DNA from: Candidatus Omnitrophota bacterium
GTDB taxonomy: Bacteria; Omnitrophota; Gorgyraeia; Pluralincolimonadales; Pluralincolimonadaceae
DNA: 64,000 nucleotides
NCBI GenBank assembly: GCA_030695925.1
Contig: JAUYOH010000109.1
Span: 32,566 to 96,565, forward strand
Direction of reading: 5' to 3'
Made by a program: the position numbers and the translations under genes. The notes beneath the pieces are model-generated. The model had not been told where the DNA came from, made no database searches, and saw only the letters and a list, made by a program, of their open reading frames with translations. Numbering within the stretch: the stretch's first letter is position 1; the number at the start of each line of letters is the position of its first letter. Below, piece by piece: positions 52,596 to 62,000 of this stretch.

Positions 52596-53581
52596 TTCTT
52601 AAGGTTTTCGTCTTCTTTAAGGAGGGCTACGAGCCGCTTTACGTCCTGCGCCCTGTCGCGGCTGCAGACGAGGACACAATCGCCGTCCTGCACGATAATT
52701 AGGCCCGAGACCCCGACAGTGCCGATAACGCCTTTTTCGGAGACGACCAGAGAATCTTTCGTGTCGACTCCTTTGTGCGCGCCAAGAATAAAGTTGCCGC
52801 AGGCATCGGTCTTTAAATGGCGGGCTAGCGAGTCCCATGAACCCAGATCGTCCCAGTAGAATTTGCCCTCTACCGCGAAGATGCGCTTTTCCTTCTCCAG
52901 GATACCGTAATCTATCGAGATCTCCTCAAGGCGGGGATAAAGATTATTAAGGCTGTTGTTAAAACCGAAACGCCCTATGCTCGGCTCGATCAGCTGCAGC
53001 CCGAGATAGAGGCGCGGCAGGTGGTCCTTGATGGCGCCTAATATGCTCGAGGCCTTCCATATGAACATGCCGCTGTTCCAATAATATCGCTTCTCTCTCA
53101 AGAACTTGACCGCCGTCGGAAGGTTCGGCTTTTCAACAAAAGCATTTATCCTGTGGACTCTTGCCTTGAGGCCGGGCCCCTTGATCTTAAACTGCCCGCT
53201 GGTATCTATCTTTAAATAACCGTAGCCGGTAGCGGGAAATGTCGGCTTGACGCCGATCGTCACCAAACCGTTCGATGTCCGGGCCACTTCCACGCCGGTC
53301 TTAAGGGTATTTATAAACCGCTCCTTCTCCTTTATCAGGTGGTCCGAGGGAAGGACTATCATTATCGCTTGCGGGTCCTTCTTTTTTATGATCATAGCAG
53401 CCAGTCCGACCGCCGGGGCGGTATTCCTTGAGGCCGGCTCGGCGATGATATTCTTTACGAGCGGCAGGTCTGCTTTTATCGAGCCCAACTGCTCTTTATT
53501 CGTGATGACATAAATCCGCTCATATGGCACCAGCGTCTTTATCCTGTCCACCGTCTCCTGTACCAAAGAGTGCTTGCCCAT
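52586..53581 (-). CDS. Mannose-1-phosphate guanylyltransferase-like nucleotidyltransferase; the true start is upstream (probably ATC at 53680)
   Basis: The coordinates give the minimal ATG ORF. The same frame is open up to the stop at 53693-53695. It encodes the essential N-terminal nucleotide-binding loop YAVIIAGGKGERFWPKSRIKTPKQTLKL upstream of that ATG, with no canonical start codon (see findings). Confidence 0.8.
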   Translation of the reverse strand: MGKHSLVQETVDRIKTLVPYERIYVITNKEQLGSIKADLPLVKNIIAEPASRNTAPAVGLAAMIIKKKDPQAIMIVLPSDHLIKEKERFINTLKTGVEVARTSNGLVTIGVKPTFPATGYGYLKIDTSGQFKIKGPGLKARVHRINAFVEKPNLPTAVKFLREKRYYWNSGMFIWKASSILGAIKDHLPRLYLGLQLIEPSIGRFGFNNSLNNLYPRLEEISIDYGILEKEKRIFAVEGKFYWDDLGSWDSLARHLKTDACGNFILGAHKGVDTKDSLVVSEKGVIGTVGVSGLIIVQDGDCVLVCSRDRAQDVKRLVALLKEDENLKKCL

Positions 53582-53672
53582 TAATTTCAGGGTCTGCTTC
53601 GGCGTCTTTATCCTGCTCTTGGGCCAGAACCGCTCGCCTTTGCCGCCCGCTATTATGACCGCGTAAATATTC

Positions 53673-54470
53673 TTATCGATGGGTAGCCTCTCCTAATTTT
53701 TTAACATATCTTCCTACGGCATCGAGCAGGTCCTTTCTGCCTGCGTGCTTCTCTATGAGCTTGACCATCGCGGAACCGACAATGACGCCGTCGGCGACCT
53801 TACTGATCTGCCTTACCTGCTCGGGTGTCGATACGCCGAAGCCGACACAAATTGGTTTCTTGGTATATTTTTTTATGATGCGGACGCGTGAGATAATCTC
53901 ATCGGGAAGTTTTGCGCGCGCGCCGGTAATCCCGGTCAATGAGACGTAATAAATAAATCCTTTTGATTTGTTAGAGACCAACTTAATCCGCTCTTTTGTG
54001 CTTGTCGGGCTTAAAAGAAAGATGGTGGAAAACTTTTTGCCTTTTGAGGTAGTTATTAATTCACCGGCTTCCTCAGGAGGCAGGTCAGGGACAATCACCC
54101 CGTCAACGCCGCTCCTCTCACAATCCGAGACGAACTTTTTCAAGCCGTATCTCAATACCGGATTGTAATAAGTCATAAGGACTATCGGGATACCGGTTGA
54201 GACGCGCAAACTACGCACCAGCTTGATTATATCCCGCAATTTCGTGCCGCGCTTAAGCGCCCTCTCGGATGACGCCTGTATTGTAGGGCCGTCGGCTATC
54301 GGGTCGGAGAAAGGGACTCCGAGTTCTATTATATCCGCGTCGCTTTTGGACAATCCAAGGACGAGCCTCTTTGTCGTCGATAAACCGAAATCTCCGGCGG
54401 TTATAAAGACGATGAGCGCCTTTTTTCCTCGCTTCTTTAATTCAGTGAATTTTTTATCTATTCTGTTCAT
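53673..54470 (-). CDS. trpA: Tryptophan synthase alpha chain
   Basis: 265 aa with the motifs [17 protein letters not shown] and GFGVS. It has an ATGA overlap with trpB. Confidence 0.95.
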   Translation of the reverse strand: MNRIDKKFTELKKRGKKALIVFITAGDFGLSTTKRLVLGLSKSDADIIELGVPFSDPIADGPTIQASSERALKRGTKLRDIIKLVRSLRVSTGIPIVLMTYYNPVLRYGLKKFVSDCERSGVDGVIVPDLPPEEAGELITTSKGKKFSTIFLLSPTSTKERIKLVSNKSKGFIYYVSLTGITGARAKLPDEIISRVRIIKKYTKKPICVGFGVSTPEQVRQISKVADGVIVGSAMVKLIEKHAGRKDLLDAVGRYVKKLGEATHR

Positions 54471-55675
54471 GATTTGTCATTCCCGCGCAAGCGGGAATCC
54501 AGTATCTTCGCCACCATATCGACGTCCTTATCACCCCTGCCCGAAAGGCAGACGATGACGATATCGTTCTTCTTCATCTTGCGCGCTGTCTTGACTAAAT
54601 ACGCGATCGCGTGAGAAGACTCAAGCGCCGGAATGATACCTTCGACTTCGGATAACAACCGGAACGCGTCTAACGCCTCTTTGTCGGTAACAGAGACGTA
54701 TTGTGCCCTGCCGATAGATTTAAAGTAAGAATGCTCCGGTCCTACCCCGGGATAATCAAGGCCTGCCGAGACCGAATGCGCTATCTTTATCTGCCCGTAC
54801 TTATCCTGCAACACATAACTCTTGCTGCCGTGCAGGACGCCCACATCGCCTCTTTCTAATGTCGCCGCGTGCTGACCCGATGACAGCCCGCGTCCCGCCG
54901 CTTCAACGCCGATGAATTTTACCCTTTTATCGTTAAAGAATTCATAAAATAATCCCATTGAATTCGAGCCGCCGCCGACACAGGCCATAAGATAATCGGG
55001 AAGCCTGCCTTCCGATTTAAGGATCTGCCGTTTGGCTTCTTTGCCTATGACCGACTGGAAATCCCTGACCATCATCGGAAAAGGATGCGGCCCGGCGACA
55101 GAGCCGATGCAGTAATGAGTCGTCCTTACGTTCGTGACCCAATCCCTCATCGCCTCATTCATCGCGTCTTTTAAGGTCTTGCTGCCGCTTCCGACGGGCC
55201 TGACTTTTGAGCCCAAGAGGCGCATCCTGAATACGTTAAGCGCCTGCCGCCGCATATCCTCCTCGCCCATAAATATCTCGCACTCAAGCCCGAATAACGC
55301 GGCGACTGTAGCGGTCGCTACACCGTGCTGGCCGGCCCCGGTCTCCGCGATAATGCGTGACTTACCCATCCTTAAAGTAAGAAGCCCTTGTCCTAACGTA
55401 TTGTTTATCTTGTGTGAGCCGGTATGAAGAAGGTCCTCGCGTTTTAAGTATATCTTTGGTCCCTTTAACGCTTTGGTAAGATGTCCGGCATAATAAAGCG
55501 GGCTTGGCCTTCCCGCATAATTAGTGAGGTAGGATTTAAGATCTTCCTTGAACCGGCGGTCCCGCTTGGCCTTATTATACTCGCGCTCTAACTCGTCGAG
55601 CGCGGCCATAAGAGTCTCGGGGACGTATTTACCGCCAAAGATGCCGAAATGCCCCTTCTTATCAGGTAGTTTCAC
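54467..55675 (-). CDS. trpB: Tryptophan synthase beta chain
   Basis: 402 aa with the motifs HTGSHKINN (PLP lysine), GGGSN and CLSGRGDKD. It has a GTG start. The last roughly 9 residues (SRLRGNDKS) are encoded by a palindromic element. Confidence 0.95.
   Translation of the reverse strand: MKLPDKKGHFGIFGGKYVPETLMAALDELEREYNKAKRDRRFKEDLKSYLTNYAGRPSPLYYAGHLTKALKGPKIYLKREDLLHTGSHKINNTLGQGLLTLRMGKSRIIAETGAGQHGVATATVAALFGLECEIFMGEEDMRRQALNVFRMRLLGSKVRPVGSGSKTLKDAMNEAMRDWVTNVRTTHYCIGSVAGPHPFPMMVRDFQSVIGKEAKRQILKSEGRLPDYLMACVGGGSNSMGLFYEFFNDKRVKFIGVEAAGRGLSSGQHAATLERGDVGVLHGSKSYVLQDKYGQIKIAHSVSAGLDYPGVGPEHSYFKSIGRAQYVSVTDKEALDAFRLLSEVEGIIPALESSHAIAYLVKTARKMKKNDIVIVCLSGRGDKDVDMVAKILDSRLRGNDKS
54479..54498. 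repeat. REP-like palindrome with a GCAA (GNRA) loop at the trpB/trpA junction
   Basis: The sequence attcccgc-gcaa-gcgggaat forms a perfect 8-bp stem. It reads VIPAQAGIQ on the plus strand and DSRLRGN in the trpB frame. This is the only complete copy in the window. Confidence 0.7.
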
Positions 55676-55710
55676 GTCATAACCCCTTTATTTTAACTGA
55701 ATAAAGGTAA

Positions 55711-55739
55711 AGTTTAGCACAGATTATCAGAGTAGTCAA
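55711..55739 (-). promoter_or_regulatory. Candidate promoter of the trpB-led gene array
   Basis: The minus strand reads TTGACT (55739..55734), a 17-nt spacer, then the extended -10 TGcTAAACT (hexamer 55716..55711). It lies in the 86-nt gap upstream of the trpB GTG. Confidence 0.5.
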
Positions 55740-55761
55740 TTGATATTACGAGGAAGGATTG

Positions 55762-56046
55762 TTATTTAGTGAGGATCTCTATCCGGGAATTGCTTTTTTC
55801 TTTGTGCTGAAGAGCGAGGCGCTCGTCGATTATCAAATTGATCTGCTCCTTTAAGGTGTTAGGTGCTACCTTAAAGGATGGGTCATTCTTTAATCTTAAC
55901 GCGAGCGCCTGTTTCAGGTCTTTGTTATATATGGGTTCGCCGTTTACAGTCGCGATTATTTTATCCGCGGGCTTAGTTGCAACTGGCTTTGCCTTTCCGC
56001 AACCAATTAATAAAAGGCCAATTAATATTATTGCCGTAATGCGCAC
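55762..56046 (-). CDS. Small lipoprotein resembling the N-terminal chaperone domain of SurA/PrsA
   Basis: 94 aa. It has a GTG start preceded by AGGAAA and the lipobox LLIGC. The stretch KIIATVNGEPIYNKDLKQAL resembles SurA_N/PrsA N-terminal segments. No PPIase domain is present. Confidence 0.6.
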   Translation of the reverse strand: MRITAIILIGLLLIGCGKAKPVATKPADKIIATVNGEPIYNKDLKQALALRLKNDPSFKVAPNTLKEQINLIIDERLALQHKEKSNSRIEILTK

Positions 56047-56071
56047 TAATTTATTTCCTAAATTTAAGTTG

Positions 56072-59000
56072 TTATGGAACTAGTGGAGGCGCTTCCCAAG
56101 TCCCAGCGCCAACGCCTGTCAATGTCCCGGAATCTGCCCCTGTATATGTGCCACCGGCCTGTCCCGTGATAGCGGCACTATTGACTGTACCGGTGACATC
56201 GGCAAGCCATTGGCCATCACTCCATTGAGAACCCGTCAAGGTGACATTCCCGTTATCCACAGCAACTGACCAGCTGTCTGATGTCGAGCCGGTGTAATTT
56301 CCGTTTATCAACGCCGCCCAAATGCCGCTTAAAGCCTCCGAGGCGCTAGCGTACATACTGATGTCCATCGTAGCGTTAATCGCACCGCCGTCGGTGAAAC
56401 CGCCCGCTCCCTGAAGCAGTGAGGAATATGTCTCTGTTATAGGCACAGATACCATCTGGGCTAATGCCTCGTTATCAAAACCGAGGATGCCAGGATCCAA
56501 CTGCGCTAATTCAATCCATTCACCAACTCCGACTGCCTGCCATGTAGTATCTACTGCTTCATAAGTACCAATGACGTCACCCGTCACTGAACCAACATTA
56601 AATGTGATGAGGTTGCCATCTTGGTCAAATTCCTCAAGGCCGAACCAGACACCTTTAAAATCACCGTCGAGAATCCCATTTTCCCAATCACCGTTTAACG
56701 TTCCTAACCAATAACCATCAGTTCCTTCAAAACCATCCTGTGCCCCACCCATAGCTAATCTGAAAGGCGAATTTGGCTCGGTATAGGTTCCTTCTAAATA
56801 AGCAGCCCAGATGCCCCAGTCTTGTTCTGAGATAATATTAAAAATACCAAGAGCCATTCCCTCAATTGAAACTACCTCAAGTGTTCCACCGCTTACAAAA
56901 CTGCCAAGACCCGTTCCGAAAAACTCACTTTCAATAGGTTCGGATAAAGGATCGATAGCACCCATTTCATTAAATACGCCGATGCTTTCTCCAATCCAGG
57001 TATCGCCACCTTCATCATATGTTCCAAAGACATCGCCTCTAATTAGGCCTACCATATCCTCGTCCGGTATATTTATATAGAGACCGCGTAAAGCGCCACG
57101 GATTTCGCCATTTAACCAGCTACCACCTGTAATTCCAATCCATTCACCATCAGCAGGACCAAACTTTCCGTCTCCATAAATTTCTGCCATCCAAATAGTA
57201 GAATTCTCAGGATTATCATAGGAATTAGGTCCTCCTTGGAGTTTCAAGTCATAGATACCCCAGGGTTGAGCTATCGTTCCATCGTCGATAAAATGAGTAT
57301 CGCCCCAATAAGTTTCACCTTCTATTAAGCTAGTATCACCTTCGGCGAAACCTCCAAAGAGTTCCGCAGTGAAATCGCCAGTCCCAATATTAAAATCAAC
57401 GAAATCTTGAGGGCTGATTCCTAAATCCGCGGCTTGTGCCATCTGAGTAGGAGTTAACGTGCCTTCTGCCATCCACATCTCTAAGGATGGATAGTAATTA
57501 CCTGAGACATCTCCCCTTAATACGCCGGCATTTCCTGATGGGTCCATATATAAAGCTGCTACTGCGCCGTCCATAATTTCATTATTCCATATTCCTGCTG
57601 TAACGCCAGCGAATGCACCACCATCCTGCGTTATATAATCGCTATATACATATGTGTTCCAGAATTTGGGCTGTTCTTCCGATATTCCATACAAATAGTA
57701 TTCACCCATCGCAAGGATTGGGAACGATTCTGCATTCCACCAATTAGGTGTAGTAGAGCCAATTAATCCATATTCTGAGCCGGCCCAATCAGGATATCCC
57801 CCGTCATTATAGTAAAGACTGTCTTCTTCCCAGTAACCGCTGAAGGTAAGCGGCTCTTCGGTGAAAGTTCCTAATGCAATTGCCTCCCAAGTATAATCAT
57901 AATCGGTATCGAAACTCCCAAGGACATTTCCTTCGATTGTGCCGAGAGCAGTTTGGGTTAGATATTGTCCTTCGAGTTCGCCTGCAATCCTTTGTTCTGA
58001 CCACTGAGTGCCTGTAATAGTTGCGAGCCAGTATTCATCATCTAACCCTCTCCATTGGTCTCCACCGAGATTAAGCGTCCAATTATTTGATGTTGAATCA
58101 TCGTAGTATCCGCCAAGTTCAATGTTATATATGCCCCATGGCTCTGGATTGCCTCCTTTGACGAGCCAAGTTGTGTAACTGCCTAAATATCCGTATCCGT
58201 AGTCATTGGATACCTCATATATACTATAATCATTATATATCTCACCGCCGCCTATAGTGTTAAAGCCGCCATTCAAGTAGCCGTCTATATCGTTCCAGTC
58301 GGAATTATAAGAGATTGGATTGTAGCCTTCTGCCCTCTTCGTTGCGGTCATTGAACCGTCTGCCTGCCACATATCAAGTTCAGGATAGTAATCTCCGTCG
58401 AAGGTTCCTTCTAATGTACCTGCCTTGCCTGATGTATCGATATAGAGACTAACTAACATACCCTCTAAAGAATTGGTCCTTCCTGCTATGAAGCCATCAG
58501 GAATTTCGCTTTCATCTGCATAACTTCCATATAAAGAACCCCACCAAGTGATGTAGTCGTCAGGATATGTTTCACCCATAAGAGTTATATCGACTGTTTT
58601 TGTCCCAACCGACGGAAAAGGAGATTCAGTTGCGCCAATTAAGCCATAGTGATAGTCATAGGTCTCTAGATAAACGCCATCCCCATCATCATAGCCATAG
58701 TGATATCTGGCATCTATCTCTGCGCTCCAGGCAAGCGGCTCTTCTGAATATGACCCTATAGTCGTTGCAATCCAGGTCCCCGTAATTCCTCTATTCACAC
58801 CGAATAAATCGCCCTCAATTGTGCCAAGGTTTTCGTACGAAAGATAGTTACCGCTTACATCTCCTCTAATTTCGTTATTTTGCCACGTTCCAGATATATC
58901 GGTAAGCCAGTAAGAATCCCCATCTCCACTATAGTCGGTTCCGCCCATAACTGCAGACCATTCTGTGGGAATTATTAGATTTTCATCTTTATCAAGATAA

Positions 59001-62000
59001 CCCGGATTAATATAATAATTTCCATTTCCTAATTTTATATCGAAGATACCCCAACCTGCATCTTCACCGATAGAGTAACGATACGCATAATCTTGCCACC
59101 TATCCTCATCGAAGTACGGCGCACCGTAGATATAACTTCCTTCATAACCAAAGTTGCCGTATAATCCTCGAATGTCGATGTTGTCCTGATCTATATATCC
59201 ATTTAGATCTCTTGGAGCAATGCCGATATTTTGTGCTAACTCCGTTGGCGTTAATGTGCCTTCGGCTTCCCACATTTCAATACCGGGGTAATAATTACCT
59301 GAGACATCGCCTCTTAGTACGCCGGCATTATATCCTCCGTTACCGTCGGGTGCGATATAAATAGATGCTACAGCACCATCCATAATTTCGTCTTTCCAAA
59401 TACCGCCTGTGTAGCCCCAGAACGCGCCGCCGTCTAATGTTGTATTGTTACTCTCTGGTGCGTTGTAGCTTTGTATCGGTGTGTTCCAAATGTAGCGCTC
59501 TGATTGTTCTCCATCCCAATATTCACCCATTGCAAGGAATTCGAATCCATCTACATTTTGATTCCACCATTCAGGTGTGGTAGAGCCGATGAGCCCATAA
59601 TCTTCGCCAGCCCTTTCAATATCTCCATTATTATTATAGTAGAGACTGTCTTCGCCCCAGTAACCTGAAAAGGTAAGAGGTGTGCCTTCCCAAGTGCCAA
59701 GGCCGACCGCCTGCCAGTCGCCATAACCACCATTATCCTCGTATACGCCGAGGATTTCTCCATCGAGGGTGCCCATCTTTGTGCGAGTTAAGAATGTTCC
59801 GTGCAATTCTGCAGTTATATCGTTCCAAATGCCATTTGTTATATCAGCAATCCAGTAGCCGGAGTCGTTGCTGCCAATGCCGTCGCTATATTCAGGATCG
59901 GATAAAGAGGCATTGTCTGGATCGGGCGGGGTTCCAACGAGATCCGCTAATAACTGCCAAGACGGATCCCATGTGCCGTTTATGGGCGCGCCGTAGTCTT
60001 GATAATCAGAGCCGTTATATGTGCCATTTCCATAGTATTCGATGTAATAGTTGGCTTGGTCTGGCCTATAGTAGCTTAGATAGCCATAGGTGCCGTTGGC
60101 ATAATACCTATAGGAGTAATAGCCGCCGTCTGAGTAATTGTACTGCCCCTCATGATACATGGTCGGATTATAAGCGCCGAAGGAGTCGTTTCCGCCCATC
60201 ACAGCGGACCAAGAGGTATCGGAATTCCGACCAGAGAATTCTCCATCAAAGGTCTGTCCATATATGCCCCAGTTTTGGGCAACCCCACCTTCATAATCTA
60301 CTATGGACATAGTTGTAAGACTATCCCAACCGGTGATCTCTCCGCCGCTGTTGGTAAATGAACCAGCAAGCCTCCCGTCGTCATAGTTAGGCCATACAGA
60401 ATCATATAAATCTTCGGCAGTCACACCTACATCTATAGCAGGTGCCATCCGGACTTTGGTAAGTTCGCCTCCGAGTAGATATCCAACATAATTTGAATAT
60501 GCGCCGGTTAAATTCCCTGATAAAATCCCTGCATTCCCACTGGGATCTATATATAGGGCTTTTACCAAGCCTTTTAACTCGTCATCAGCGCCGATACCTC
60601 CTGTCATGCCGTAGAACGCGCCGCCATCATACGTAGTGTATGTTTCATTAAATGGATCCGCGCTATATAAGGTATCTCCACCGCTAAACCATGTAAATGG
60701 CTCACTGCCATAATTATTGAATCTACCTATTGAAACTAAATCGAAAGGTTCTGCATTCCATAAATCCCCTAAGGTTCCAATCAGGCCTGAGAAATATCCC
60801 CAATTATCGTTATAAATAGAATTATATAGCTGTCCGCTTGAAGTAAGTGTTTCTTCTTCAAACCCGCCGAGGCCTACACCTTCGAAATCAAAAGAAGAGC
60901 TTGGCGTATATGCCCCTAAAATTGTTCCGTAATAAACGCCTAATTTCTCGTAATCAAGATAGGTGCCAAACACATCTATCCGAAGTAAGTCATCTAAATT
61001 ATCTATCCCTTCGAATGCGGAGAAGAAGTAGCCACCGTTATTGTAATTTCCACCTGCTACGCCAATCCAGGTTGATAGATCATCCGGCCTGTCGTATGTT
61101 CCTCTGTGTATCTCTCTCCAGATTCCCCAATCCTCACCCTCTATTTTCTTCATTTCCTTGTAGAATTCGGTATCAAGGTAACCGCCATCAAATGAAACAT
61201 ATAACTCCCCGCCGCCGCTTCCATTAACGATGGCATCGGAAAGATCCTGAGGTAAAACATCGGTTGCGGCCTTTGGAATAATATATAGATCGCCGTCTCC
61301 GCTAAAAATTCCTGCTCCATTCGGACCGGACATATAGCCGAACAAATGTCCGGAAGTTCCAGAAGAATCTATATAAATAAAGGAAAGGGCTCCTTCCCAG
61401 CTGCTTCCCCACGAACCGCCTACCCAACCAAGTAAAGCATTATCTCCAACCTCTATTGCCGGGACCTCACCGAACCACAAACGTCTTTCATTAGGATTGG
61501 AATATGTGCCGGCTATAGTAAAATCTTCCGGGACCGGAGTGCCGGGCCACGGTGATATTGTAAGCGCATCTGTATAACTTGTAAGAGTCGCGCTGAAAGA
61601 GCTGTCCGCGTCTTCCTGAAAAGAGCCATAATTTCCAAACAACCCTGTGAAATTGGCTTGAAGAGTCGGAGTTAAGGTATCTCCTGTAGTAGTTGTGCCA
61701 CCGGTATCGCCATTGCCATCAGTAGGGTTATCATCTGTAATAGGCTTGTCGTCAAAGACCGTCGTATCGCCGCCGGTGTCTCCGCCGGTATCCCCGCCCG
61801 TGTCTTCACCTGTATCTTCCCCGCCTGTATCGCCGCCGGGTGCAGAATATCCCTCACCGCCGCCTTCACCCTCCCATCCTTCCTGCCATTCTGACTGCTG
61901 CTCATCTGACGGCGGAGCAGGAGGCGAAACGTTTCCTTGGTCATCTGCCGAAGAACTGTTTCCGGCAGCTACGGTCTGTATGACTCCTGATACTACGTTT

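Noticed and set aside
59680-60312. The longest plus-strand ORF (210 aa, Arg/Cys/Ser-rich). By extension, this covers all other plus-strand ORFs in the track, for example 1099-1647, 2340-2930, 8353-8901, 15208-15765 and 43176-43676.
   Set aside because: Every one lies antisense to a minus-strand gene with strong family motifs. Their sequences are low-complexity or R/S/P/C-rich with no recognisable motifs, ribosome-binding sites or promoters. They are classic shadow ORFs.
56075-61756. Periodic DNA repeats that might be taken for a CRISPR array, a satellite or a DGR variable/template pair.
   Set aside because: The repeats are long (hundreds of nt), degenerate, in-frame coding modules of one ORF. 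There are no short identical direct repeats with unique spacers, no cas genes and no reverse transcriptase in the window.
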